Assembly: GCA_021732145.1 (NCBI GenBank)
Contig: JAKFVN010000016.1
Span: 8,457-72,456, forward strand
Reading direction: 5' to 3'
DNA: 64,000 nt
From: Alphaproteobacteria bacterium
GTDB taxonomy: Bacteria; Pseudomonadota; Alphaproteobacteria; UBA9219; RGZA01
The position numbers and the translations under genes were made by a program. The number at the start of each line of letters is the position of its first letter. The stretch's first letter is position 1. Of the stretch, positions 28,486 through 36,880 are shown in pieces. Below the pieces are notes generated by a model that ran no database searches, had not been told where the DNA came from, and saw nothing but the letters and a program-made list of their open reading frames with translations.

Positions 28486-29799
28486 ATGGAAGCTGATCCA
28501 CTCCTCCTTGCCCGTATCCAGTTCGCTGCGAATATTGCATTTCATATCTTATTTCCCGTTATCACCATCGCGCTGGGCTGGATTTTACTGTTTTTCAAGC
28601 TGCGATTTTCAACAACCCAAGATAAGAAATGGATGGATGCCTATTTCTTCTGGACAAAAATTTTTGCCCTCTGCTTTGCCATTGGCGTTGTGTCCGGCAT
28701 TACCATGTCTTTCCAATTTGGCACCAATTGGCCGGGTTTCATGCAAAAAGTGGGTAATATTGCGGGGCCGTTATTGGCTTATGAAGTACTGACCGCGTTT
28801 TTTCTGGAAGCGACATTTCTTGGCATCATGCTGTTCGGGTTCAAGCGCGTGAAGCCGTGGATACATACCTTGGCCACCCTTCTTGTCGCCGGAGGCACCA
28901 CGCTTTCGGCGTTCTGGATATTGGCGCTGAACAGCTGGATGCACACGCCAACGGGTTTTGAGATGATTGATGGCAAAGCGCATGTCACCAGCTGGTTTGA
29001 AGTCGTCTTCAACCCGTCTTTCCCTTATCGTCTATCGCATATGCTGGTGGCATCCATTTTAACGGCGGCGTTTTTGGTTGCTGGCATTTCCGCCTATCGC
29101 TGGCTGCGCCAAGACCGTACACCGGCGGTGATGGCTGCCTTGCGCACCGGCGTGTTTATCGCCGCATTGTTCGTGCCCATCCAAATTCTGCTGGGTGACC
29201 TGCACGGACTGAACACGCTGCAACACCAGCCGCAAAAAATCGCCGCGATGGAAGGCTTGTGGCACACGCAAAAAGGCGCGCCGCTCGTCTTGTTTGGCCT
29301 GCCCAATGCGCAGACGAAGAAAAACGATTTGGCGATTGAAATTCCGCGCGGCGCCAGTCTGATTTTAACGCATGATTTAAACGGCGAAGTAAAAGGCATC
29401 AATGAATTTCCTGATAACCATCCACCCGTGCCGCAGGTGTTTTGGGCTTTTCGCATCATGATCGGAACAGGGCTTGCCATGCTGGGCATTTCATGGTGGG
29501 CGGCGTTCGCGCTGAAGCGCAAAATGGATATTTCGCCCGTCATCGCAAAATTATTGGTCGCGATGAGCTTTTCAGGCTGGATTGCAACCTTGGCAGGGTG
29601 GATGGTCACCGAAATTGGCCGCCAGCCCTGGCTGGTTCAGGGCATTTTAAAAACAGCAGATGCCGTGTCGGCTGTGCCCGCCCCCATGCTGGGCGCAAGC
29701 CTTGCGATGTATCTTGCCATCTACACATTCCTGCTGGGCGCATTCATTCACACATTGTTTTACTTGGCGCGTAAAGCCGGAAACAAGGAGCACGCATGA
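28486..29799 (+). CDS. cydA: Cytochrome bd-type quinol oxidase subunit I (short Q-loop, CioA-like)
   Basis: LARIQFAANIAFHILFPVITI, YEVLTAFFLEATFLGIMLFG, GWMVTEIGRQPW; 437 aa. Confidence 0.9.
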   Translation: MEADPLLLARIQFAANIAFHILFPVITIALGWILLFFKLRFSTTQDKKWMDAYFFWTKIFALCFAIGVVSGITMSFQFGTNWPGFMQKVGNIAGPLLAYEVLTAFFLEATFLGIMLFGFKRVKPWIHTLATLLVAGGTTLSAFWILALNSWMHTPTGFEMIDGKAHVTSWFEVVFNPSFPYRLSHMLVASILTAAFLVAGISAYRWLRQDRTPAVMAALRTGVFIAALFVPIQILLGDLHGLNTLQHQPQKIAAMEGLWHTQKGAPLVLFGLPNAQTKKNDLAIEIPRGASLILTHDLNGEVKGINEFPDNHPPVPQVFWAFRIMIGTGLAMLGISWWAAFALKRKMDISPVIAKLLVAMSFSGWIATLAGWMVTEIGRQPWLVQGILKTADAVSAVPAPMLGASLAMYLAIYTFLLGAFIHTLFYLARKAGNKEHA

Positions 29800-30806
29800 C
29801 CGAACTGTTTGCACATGGCACATGGTTGCCGCTTACCTTTGCAGGGTTGATGGGCTTTGCGATGCTGATTTATGCGATACTGGATGGTTATGATTTAGGC
29901 GTTGGCATGTTGCTGGCCAAAGCCAATGATGATGAAAAAGACCGGATGATTGCATCGATCGGCCCTTTCTGGGATGCGAATGAAACATGGCTGGTGCTGG
30001 GCGTTGGGTTATTGCTGGTGGCCTTTCCGGCTGCGCATGGAATTATTCTGACGAACCTTTACATGCCCGTTGCCATCATGCTGCTGGGCATTATTTTGCG
30101 CGGCGTGTCGTTTGATTTCAGGGCCAAAGTCGTCGCCGATAAAAAGCATTTCTGGAACAAGGCGTTTCTGGCGGGGTCGCTGATTACCGCTTTTTCGCAG
30201 GGCGTGATGCTGGGCTTTTATATTCTTGGCTTTGAACACAGCATGGGCGCGATTGCATTTTCAGCGCTGGTGGGGCTGTGCGTAATTGCGGGTTATTGTT
30301 TAATTGGCGCTTGCTGGCTGATTTTCAAAACTGAAAATGAACTGCAAAAAAAGGCTGTGCGCTGGGCCAAAACCGCATTGCTGGGAACGGTTGCCGGCAT
30401 TGCGCTGGTATCGCTGGCAACGCCGCTGGTCAGCCCGCGCATTTTTGCCAAATGGTTTGCCCTGCCGGATTTTTTCTGGCTGCTCCCCATCCCGTTGATG
30501 ACCGGATGCTTGGTGCTGTTGTTGTGGCGCATGCTGAACACATTGCCGCGCGAAGCAGATAAATACTGCTGGGTGCCCGTAATCCTCTGCGCTGGTATTT
30601 TCACCCTGTGCTTTTTGGGAATGGCTTACAGCTTTTACCCTTACATCGTGCCCAACCAGCTCACCATCATCGAAGCATCCTCCGCTCCTGAATCCCTGAT
30701 GGTGATTTTAATCGGGGCGCTGGTTGTGCTTCCCGTGCTGCTGGGCTACACGTTTCTTTCCTATCGCATCTTTCATGGCAAGGCCAAAGACCTCACCTAC
30801 GATTAA
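29796..30806 (+). CDS. cydB: Cytochrome bd-type quinol oxidase subunit II
   Basis: YAILDGYDLGVGML, IGPFWDANETWLV; ATGA overlap with cydA; polytopic membrane protein. Confidence 0.9.
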   Translation: MTELFAHGTWLPLTFAGLMGFAMLIYAILDGYDLGVGMLLAKANDDEKDRMIASIGPFWDANETWLVLGVGLLLVAFPAAHGIILTNLYMPVAIMLLGIILRGVSFDFRAKVVADKKHFWNKAFLAGSLITAFSQGVMLGFYILGFEHSMGAIAFSALVGLCVIAGYCLIGACWLIFKTENELQKKAVRWAKTALLGTVAGIALVSLATPLVSPRIFAKWFALPDFFWLLPIPLMTGCLVLLLWRMLNTLPREADKYCWVPVILCAGIFTLCFLGMAYSFYPYIVPNQLTIIEASSAPESLMVILIGALVVLPVLLGYTFLSYRIFHGKAKDLTYD

Positions 30807-30830
30807 GGGCGACGACTAACCCCATAAAAC

Positions 30831-30863
30831 AAAAAACCCAGCTCGGTTAGGAACTGGGTTTGA
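30831..30863 (-). terminator. Rho-independent terminator of the 775-aa Cys-rich gene (also faces cydB)
   Basis: AACCCAG / CTGGGTT 7-bp stem (30835-41 / 30854-60). On the minus strand it is followed by TTTTTTGTTTT. Confidence 0.7.
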
Positions 30864-30883
30864 TTTGTTAGGCTTGGTTTTAA

Positions 30884-33211
30884 CTAGCCGCCGCCATCGC
30901 CGCCGCCATCACCGCCGCCGCCATCACCGCCACCGTCGCCGCCGCCATCACCGCCACCGTCGCCACCACCACCGTCGCCGCCGCCGCCGTCACAGCCACA
31001 GCCATAGGTGCATGGCGGAGGTGGGGGTGGGACATAGGTGCATTGGTTCTGCTCGGTCACGCGCTCTTGGTTATCCGGGCAGGTGCGGGTTGTCGTTACA
31101 ACAATCTGGCCGCTATAGCCTGGAGGGCATGCACGTGTCGTCACATTGGTCGACGGGGTGCATACTGGCTTGCACTGATTGTCAGTGGTCACCTGATTAC
31201 GGCCTGCGCCATTATTCGAACCATCACAGATATGCGCGGTGGTCGTATTAATATACCCTTCGTAACCAGCCGGGCATGGGCCACAGGTGGTGTTGGTGGA
31301 AGGGGTGCAGGTTACGCGGCACTGATTGTCAGTGGTTACCTGTTCACGGCCTGCGCCATTATTCGAACCATCACAGATACGGGTTGTGGTGGTGTTGATA
31401 TAGCCTTCCTGACCAGCCGGGCATGGGCCGCAGGTGGTGTTGGTGGAAGGGGTGCAGGTTACGCGGCACTGGTTGTCCACGGTCACAATATCGTGGCCAG
31501 GGTCACCGCACATGCATGTATCGCATACATGCTTGGTAGTGGTGCGGATATACCCTTCCTGACCAGCCGGGCATGGGCCGTCCACATAGCTTTCGCTTGG
31601 TACGCAGGTTTGGCTGCGGCACTGGCTGGTGTCGCGGGTTACTTCACTGCGGCCTGCGCCATTGTTCGAGCCATCGCAGATGTGCTTGGTGCGAACGGTC
31701 ACGGTACCGGTCTGGCCTTCAGTGCAAGGCTCGGTTGTCACAACCTCAGAAGGCGTGCAGCTCGTGCAGGTGTTCGATACTTCTGTTTCTGCGATGGTGC
31801 AGTTGCAGGTACCTGGGTTGGTTGGGGTTGTATCGATCGTATTGGTATCACCGACAGCTTTGGTGGCCACGCCGCGGGTCGGCATGCTTTGAGCGGCTGT
31901 CTTCTTGGTGTAACCAACGGGGATGCGGCCATAGGTTGCACGAACGCCGCCATCAATACATGTACGAACCTGGCGCACGGTAATCTTGCCGGTTTGGCCG
32001 GTTGGGCAATCCTTATCCACATTGCCAAGATCCTTGGTTGGAACGCACACGCAGGTATTGGAAACCTGAAGTTCGCTCACAACGCCTTGGGTGCCAGAAC
32101 CTTCTGGGCAAGAACGGTAGTTCTTCTTGGTAATGGTGCCTTCCATGTCGCCATCTGGGCAAGCCGCGGTGAAGGTATCGCCAACTTGGCCTTCTTCACA
32201 CAGGTCGCCGGTGGTGCCTGGAGCTACGCACGTGTCGCTGATGATGTCCATCGAAGGAGCAATCGCATCGTCACCTTGGCAGATTTCGCGAACGATAACG
32301 GAAACGCTGCCAGTCCAGCCTGCTGGACGACCCATTTCCTGGCAGGTCTTGGTAGCAGAATAGGTTCTGTCAACGCAGCCCGTCACGGTTTTCCAAGACT
32401 GGTTTTGGCAGGTCATGCGGAAGTCTACGAATACAACGGTGCCAGCCCCAACGGTTGCATTGTTCGCAGGAGGAGGAATGGGTACGTTTTCAGTGCCGCT
32501 TGTGCCGCAAATCCAGCGCGCGGTGAAGGAGCCAGGGTTGGTGCCATCGCGTGGCTCAAGGTAACCAATGTCATCGCGCGAGATTGGCAATGACACGGGG
32601 GTATTGGTCACGGCAACGGTTTGACGGCCATTGGATGTGCTGGTCGAACCGCTGGTGCCGCCCGAAATCGTGCCCGATGAAGAAGAGCTGGTCGAATAGT
32701 AATAGAACCATGATGAAGAGGTGGTGGTGGTGGTGATGGTTTGCGCAAACCATTGGTTGGTGTTCGTAGAGTTCACCAATCCCTGCAAGCGCCATGAACC
32801 TGCCGAGCAGGTTTGGGTTGGAGCCTTAACGTCTGATACTTGCAAGTTGCGCGCAATACAGCAATTTGCAACGTGAACGTTCGCCGGGGTATTGGTCAGG
32901 AATGCTGTCCATTCTTCGGACGTGTTGAACGGGATGAACAATGGGCTTGTGATACCAGCAGCATCAACATAGTGACATGCGCCGTGCACGTATATTGGTG
33001 TCTTGCTGATGGTCACATCCGGTTCGAGGCGCGCGCCAGTAAAACGATCGCTGGTGATGAGCTGGCCATTTTCGCTGCGCACAGGGCACTGCGTATACGT
33101 CGTGCTGCCCTCTGTAACAGGCTTGTCGATGGAACATTGCGTTGATACTTCAGCTTGCGCTGCACCACACAGCATCAAGGAAACAATCATCGAGAGAATA
33201 ATATTGCGCAT
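30884..33211 (-). CDS. Secreted Cys-rich modular protein, 775 aa, with C-terminal (GGG[G]D)n tail; paralog of 37620-41720
   Basis: Signal peptide MRNIILSMIVSLMLCGAAQA|EV. The N-terminal ~300-aa domain is shared with the larger paralog (ACHYVDAAGITSPLFIPFNTSEEW, NCCIAR, RDDIG, ARWIC, FVDFRMTC). Seven 4-Cys modules follow, including two adjacent near-identical 49-aa units (147-nt period, 31201/31348). Then PPPPPPCTYGCGC and a 35-aa Gly/Asp tail. Confidence 0.85.
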   Translation of the reverse strand: MRNIILSMIVSLMLCGAAQAEVSTQCSIDKPVTEGSTTYTQCPVRSENGQLITSDRFTGARLEPDVTISKTPIYVHGACHYVDAAGITSPLFIPFNTSEEWTAFLTNTPANVHVANCCIARNLQVSDVKAPTQTCSAGSWRLQGLVNSTNTNQWFAQTITTTTTSSSWFYYYSTSSSSSGTISGGTSGSTSTSNGRQTVAVTNTPVSLPISRDDIGYLEPRDGTNPGSFTARWICGTSGTENVPIPPPANNATVGAGTVVFVDFRMTCQNQSWKTVTGCVDRTYSATKTCQEMGRPAGWTGSVSVIVREICQGDDAIAPSMDIISDTCVAPGTTGDLCEEGQVGDTFTAACPDGDMEGTITKKNYRSCPEGSGTQGVVSELQVSNTCVCVPTKDLGNVDKDCPTGQTGKITVRQVRTCIDGGVRATYGRIPVGYTKKTAAQSMPTRGVATKAVGDTNTIDTTPTNPGTCNCTIAETEVSNTCTSCTPSEVVTTEPCTEGQTGTVTVRTKHICDGSNNGAGRSEVTRDTSQCRSQTCVPSESYVDGPCPAGQEGYIRTTTKHVCDTCMCGDPGHDIVTVDNQCRVTCTPSTNTTCGPCPAGQEGYINTTTTRICDGSNNGAGREQVTTDNQCRVTCTPSTNTTCGPCPAGYEGYINTTTAHICDGSNNGAGRNQVTTDNQCKPVCTPSTNVTTRACPPGYSGQIVVTTTRTCPDNQERVTEQNQCTYVPPPPPPCTYGCGCDGGGGDGGGGDGGGDGGGDGGGDGGGGDGGGDGGG

Positions 33212-33436
33212 AAAAAATACCCTTTTAAAAATGTTCGTTTCGTACCAAAAACGCCCGAAAAAGAATTGAATTGCCTAAACTTTTATCAATCGTTTTTTAG
33301 CACTTTTTAAAGGGTTTGCGAGTCCGAAATTTACTTTCATTTTTCGTTAACTGGTTAACGCGTTCAAAAGACTTACGTTTTTTTCGCTAGCTTGGTTAAA
33401 AGGTTAACGGCTTCAGGAAAATTGTTTAAATAAGGC

Positions 33437-33473
33437 AAAAAAAATGCCCGTAATCAGCAGTTTCGCTGCGGGC
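33437..33473 (-). terminator. Rho-independent terminator after 33508-34467
   Basis: GCCCG / CGGGC stem (33446-50 / 33469-73) with inner CAGC/GCTG pairing. On the minus strand it is followed by a run of 8 T. Confidence 0.55.
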
Positions 33474-33507
33474 TTCATCGGTATAAAAAACCGATGTGTT
33501 TTTTTGA

Positions 33508-34467
33508 TTAGGCGGTGGGTGGAAGCGGTTGCGCGCGACGTTGCGCAATTAGTTGCGGCGTAACGCCCGCAACATCATCAAGGAATCTATTCGCAAGCTG
33601 TTTGCGTTCATCCGATGAATTCGCGCGAAGGAATGCAACTTTTGGTTTTCCGTCTTGAATATATCCCAGCGTCAATACGAATACGCCATTTGGAAATTGC
33701 TGTGGCACGCCGCTGTTTGGCGGCAGTTTGTGAAATTGCGATCGATCAAGCGTTCCTGTCTTTGCAAAAAAGACCTCGCCATTGCGCGGCGCGGCCGGGT
33801 TTTGTATGGCGCGATCCGCCAGATAACGGTGTGTCGTATGCTGCGGATTGGCGGGGCTTGAAAGCTGGCTCAGCGTTCTTCCATTATCCAGCTTATACAG
33901 ATACTCCATCAGATGCGCGATATGCAGTGGCGATGCCTGCGATGTGCCGTGACGCAATTTCGTATCCGCAATGCCGGATGTATCGCTGATGCGCGATCCC
34001 GCGATACCCAATTCTTTTTGGTACTTGGCAAGCTCCGCGCGGTAGGTTTCATAAAAACGCTGCACGCTGGGGTTCATCGTATTGGAAAGATGATTGTCAT
34101 TGCCGCGGTTCAGCACGCCGCCCTGCATCGTCATCGGGCGAAAATTCGCCGCAAAGGTATTCGCACCCGGATAATTCAACGCACGCGCCACTTCGACAAT
34201 GGTCGCGTCATTATGCGATTGGCTCATCATGCGCGTGAGACGCCCCATGTTTGCCTGCACGTATTCAACGCCACGCGCGCGCGCAATCAGCGCCAGCGCG
34301 GCGATTTTGGTATTGGATGATAAATGGCCAAGGGTATTTACATCGTGGCCCTGTTCCGGGCGGCTTGAATGGATGTCATAGACAAGATGCTGGTGCCGCC
34401 CCAAAATACGATTTTGTGGCAAAGGTTCGTTATGCACACTTGGCAATATCCTGCTGACCATCAGCAT
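33508..34467 (-). CDS. Hypothetical protein with SxxK / KTG motifs (possible penicillin-binding/beta-lactamase-fold serine hydrolase)
   Basis: LSSNTKIAALAL (S51-x-x-K54), SHND (84-87), FFAKTGTLD (K236-T-G). The motif spacing is atypical for S11 peptidases or class A enzymes and no signal peptide is evident, so the call is weak. Confidence 0.35.
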   Translation of the reverse strand: MLMVSRILPSVHNEPLPQNRILGRHQHLVYDIHSSRPEQGHDVNTLGHLSSNTKIAALALIARARGVEYVQANMGRLTRMMSQSHNDATIVEVARALNYPGANTFAANFRPMTMQGGVLNRGNDNHLSNTMNPSVQRFYETYRAELAKYQKELGIAGSRISDTSGIADTKLRHGTSQASPLHIAHLMEYLYKLDNGRTLSQLSSPANPQHTTHRYLADRAIQNPAAPRNGEVFFAKTGTLDRSQFHKLPPNSGVPQQFPNGVFVLTLGYIQDGKPKVAFLRANSSDERKQLANRFLDDVAGVTPQLIAQRRAQPLPPTA

Positions 34468-34735
34468 CCTTTAAACAGGTTAGGTTATTGAGCTTAAAAC
34501 GAAAGCTGTCAGTTTTGGGTTAATGCACCCTTACCGTATCCCTTAGCGCCGTGTCATAATTCAGAAAAACCAGGAAAAACCGCCCAAATCTTAACAAAAT
34601 TTAATGGTTGAATGGCTTCATAAACCAGTTGTTTATTTAATGACACTATATTGGACAACGTGATGTTGCGTTGTTATGCGCAGAATCATCTATTTTCACC
34701 TGCGTAAAATAAAATAATTTTTGGAGTGATGGGCA

Positions 34736-36049
34736 ATGAAAACGACACGCCGCGACTTTATGATTGGTGCAGGCTTATTGGGCAGCGCGCTCATGCTTGG
34801 CAGCAATCCGCTTGCCGCAAGTAACGGGGCAGCAGAAACAGCAGCATCCGCGCCCGCAGCGGTCAAGCCAACCCTTAAAGGCAAGCTCTTCGCATTCGGC
34901 CTTGGCGGAAAGAAATTTCCCGGCAATGAAAACAAGGAAAAGAAAACCACCAGCATTCTGACGACATTCGATTTGGAATCGCGCGAGATGAAGCAAACCT
35001 CGCTCAATATGGGTGAAGGCCATGCTGCAATGGGCGCGGGCGATAATCGCATTTTATGCGTATCGCACCACAAGCCTGTTTCGATGATGGTTGATAAAGA
35101 CCACAAGGTGATCGCAACCTTCACCGCGCCGGAAGGCTATTTGTATGGCGGGCACGGTTTGGTATTCCCCGAGCGCAACCAGTTTATCCTGCCCATGCGC
35201 GCATCAAAGCCGCACACTGCTGCCGATACGGGCCGCTTTGAGGTTTATGACCTCACCTCCCTAAAGAAGCTGGATATGATTGATAGCGGTGGCATTCAGC
35301 CGCATGAAATTCACAAAATTCCAAATAACCCAGCCGAATTGGCCGTGACCCATTACGGCGATATTGCCGACCGCAGGAAGCCGCTGGAATTCAATGTCAT
35401 CGATACCAAGCTGACCATTCTTGACAGTCAGACGTATAAGCCAAAACGCCATTATGACCAGAATGAATTTAACGCCATGTCCACCCACATGCGCGTTTCA
35501 AAAGATGGCTGGGCATATATCGTGCTGACCCAATACGTCACCTTTGAAAAGCCGGAAAATCTGAAGCCCGGCGAAGAAGCGGATAAAATCGCGCTCGCTG
35601 AAATGGAACGCATCTTCAAGCAGAAATGGGATTATGCTGTTCCCAGCATCGCCTTGCAGGAAAAGCATCTGGCGGTTGGCCTGCCATTCCTGCGCATCAA
35701 TACGCAAACCGGCGAGCGCCAGGTGATTTATCTCGGCAACAAGCATCATATGCGCTCGCAATCGGTTGCCTATAACACGGCGATGAACACCGCAATTGGC
35801 CTTTATTATCACTCCGATAACCTTGTGCTGCATACGCCCGGCAAGGACGCGGAAATCGTCACCAATGACCAGCTGAAGCTGAGCGGCATTCGCGGCGTTG
35901 CGGAAATTCCTGGCACCACCTGCATTGCCGTGTGCGGCACTTATTACGATGTCGCCGTGATGGATTTGAAGACAAGAGAAGTGCTCGCGCAATTCAAATC
36001 ATCGAATTACGATTCAACGCATCTTTATCACGATGCGGATTTAGCTTAG
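34736..36049 (+). CDS. Tat-signal protein, DUF1513-like (beta-propeller-like)
   Basis: MKTTRRDFMIGAGLLGSALMLGSNPLAA twin-arginine signal. GYLYGGHGLVFPERN, GRFEVYD, SGGIQPHEIHKIP and ELAVTHYG resemble the DUF1513 pattern as I remember it. Confidence 0.55.
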   Translation: MKTTRRDFMIGAGLLGSALMLGSNPLAASNGAAETAASAPAAVKPTLKGKLFAFGLGGKKFPGNENKEKKTTSILTTFDLESREMKQTSLNMGEGHAAMGAGDNRILCVSHHKPVSMMVDKDHKVIATFTAPEGYLYGGHGLVFPERNQFILPMRASKPHTAADTGRFEVYDLTSLKKLDMIDSGGIQPHEIHKIPNNPAELAVTHYGDIADRRKPLEFNVIDTKLTILDSQTYKPKRHYDQNEFNAMSTHMRVSKDGWAYIVLTQYVTFEKPENLKPGEEADKIALAEMERIFKQKWDYAVPSIALQEKHLAVGLPFLRINTQTGERQVIYLGNKHHMRSQSVAYNTAMNTAIGLYYHSDNLVLHTPGKDAEIVTNDQLKLSGIRGVAEIPGTTCIAVCGTYYDVAVMDLKTREVLAQFKSSNYDSTHLYHDADLA

Positions 36050-36148
36050 GCAGGGCCGGTTGCGCCAACTTCGTCCAAGCGGTTGCGCCGCCTTGTTTTA
36101 ACAAGAAGGCACAGAGCGAATGACGAATAAGGCACAAAGGCAGCGCAC
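36048..36148. repeat. Composite GGTTG-hairpin repeat copy starting at the stop codon of 34736-36049
   Basis: AGGCAGGGCCGGTTGCGCC...CAAGCGGTTGCGCCGCC...GGCACAGAGCGAATGACG...GGCACAAAGGCAGCG carries both flank variants of the family. Confidence 0.7.
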
Positions 36149-36167
36149 AACAAAAAGGCGTAAAAAC

Positions 36168-36197
36168 AAAAACCCCGCTAGACATAGCGGGGTTTTT
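36168..36197. terminator. Bidirectional rho-independent terminator
   Basis: CCCCGCTA-GACA-TAGCGGGG (8-bp stem, 36173-36192), A-run before and T-run after. Lies between convergent genes 34736-36049 (+) and 36218-36562 (-). Confidence 0.8.
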
Positions 36198-36217
36198 AAT
36201 TGGTCGATTTAATTTAT

Positions 36218-36562
36218 TTAGCTGCCATTGCCTGCGCCGGGCGCTGAAAGCGTGCCATCGGCATTGCAGGTAATTCCGCTCTTTAATGGGCGGCCTGGGT
36301 AATCCTCGCAGATGCGCTTCATCACAAATCCGCCTGTGCTCGCTACAGGCGGGGTTTGAATTTCAATGACTACCTTTTTTTCTGCGCCAACGCACTGAGT
36401 GTCGCCTTGGCCTGCATTATCCAGTTGCGTTACGCAAATCTCAGCGGTTTTTCTAGCAGTGATAATGGTTGTATCTGCTTTAGCTGCATTACCAGTCATG
36501 GCCCATGCAGCAGCACCAACTTCTAATAATATTGCGCCAGTGCGCACAGCTTTTCCTAACAT
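36218..36562 (-). CDS. Small secreted protein (114 aa, 4 Cys)
   Basis: Signal-like N-terminus ...AAAWAMTGNAAKA|DTT and its own terminator. I recognise no domain. Confidence 0.5.
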   Translation of the reverse strand: MLGKAVRTGAILLEVGAAAWAMTGNAAKADTTIITARKTAEICVTQLDNAGQGDTQCVGAEKKVVIEIQTPPVASTGGFVMKRICEDYPGRPLKSGITCNADGTLSAPGAGNGS

Positions 36563-36691
36563 GGCATTCCTCTTAAAAAAGGCTTCGTTAAAAAAATTCT
36601 AAAAATCAAATTCGCAAAATCATATTTACTGTTCTTTGGTTATACAGGATGCATCCCCGTACCAGCAATTATTTAAATAGTTTCTGATGTG

Positions 36692-36815
36692 ATAAACGTG
36701 GTTAACAAGGCAGGGCTGGTTGTGCCGTAAGGCACAGAAGCATCGCCTAACATATAAACGTGGTTAACAAGGCAGGGCTGGTTGTGCCGTAAGGCACAGA
36801 AGCATCGCCTAACAT
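36692..36815. repeat. Perfect tandem duplication (2 x 62 bp), each unit containing one GGTTG-hairpin repeat
   Basis: ATAAACGTGGTTAACAAGGCAGGGCTGGTTGTGCCGTAAGGCACAGAAGCATCGCCTAACAT occurs at 36692-36753 and again at 36754-36815. Stem TGTGCC/GGCACA with GTAA loop. Confidence 0.9.
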
Positions 36816-36833
36816 ATATATGTGTGTACCCAA

Positions 36834-36866
36834 TAAAAAAACCCCGCTGTTTCGAGCGGGGTTTTT
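36834..36866 (-). terminator. Rho-independent terminator of 36881-37387
   Basis: CCCCGCT-GTTTCG-AGCGGGG (36842-36861), flanked by an A-run and a T-run; 15 nt after the stop. Confidence 0.8.
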
Positions 36867-36880
36867 AATTCGCCATTTAA

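Noticed and set aside
30884-30991. The Gly/Asp-rich C-terminal tails could be RTX nonapeptide repeats or a type I secretion signal.
   Set aside because: The units are GGG(G)D without the GGxGxDxUx periodicity or hydrophobic positions. Both proteins have clear N-terminal Sec signal peptides, unlike T1SS substrates. No T1SS genes are nearby.
30865-31251. Plus-strand ORF encoding an Arg/His-rich peptide (RRHRRRHHRRRHH...).
   Set aside because: It is the antisense reading of the (GGGD)n tail and module-coding DNA of the 775-aa gene, so it is a compositional artefact.
31043-32593. 516-aa plus-strand ORF, and similar long antisense ORFs at 37735-41118.
   Set aside because: They lie antisense to the Cys-rich genes and have Ala/Gly/Arg-rich low-complexity translations. 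They have no signal or start context. The minus-strand frames carry signal peptides, periodic Cys modules and terminators.
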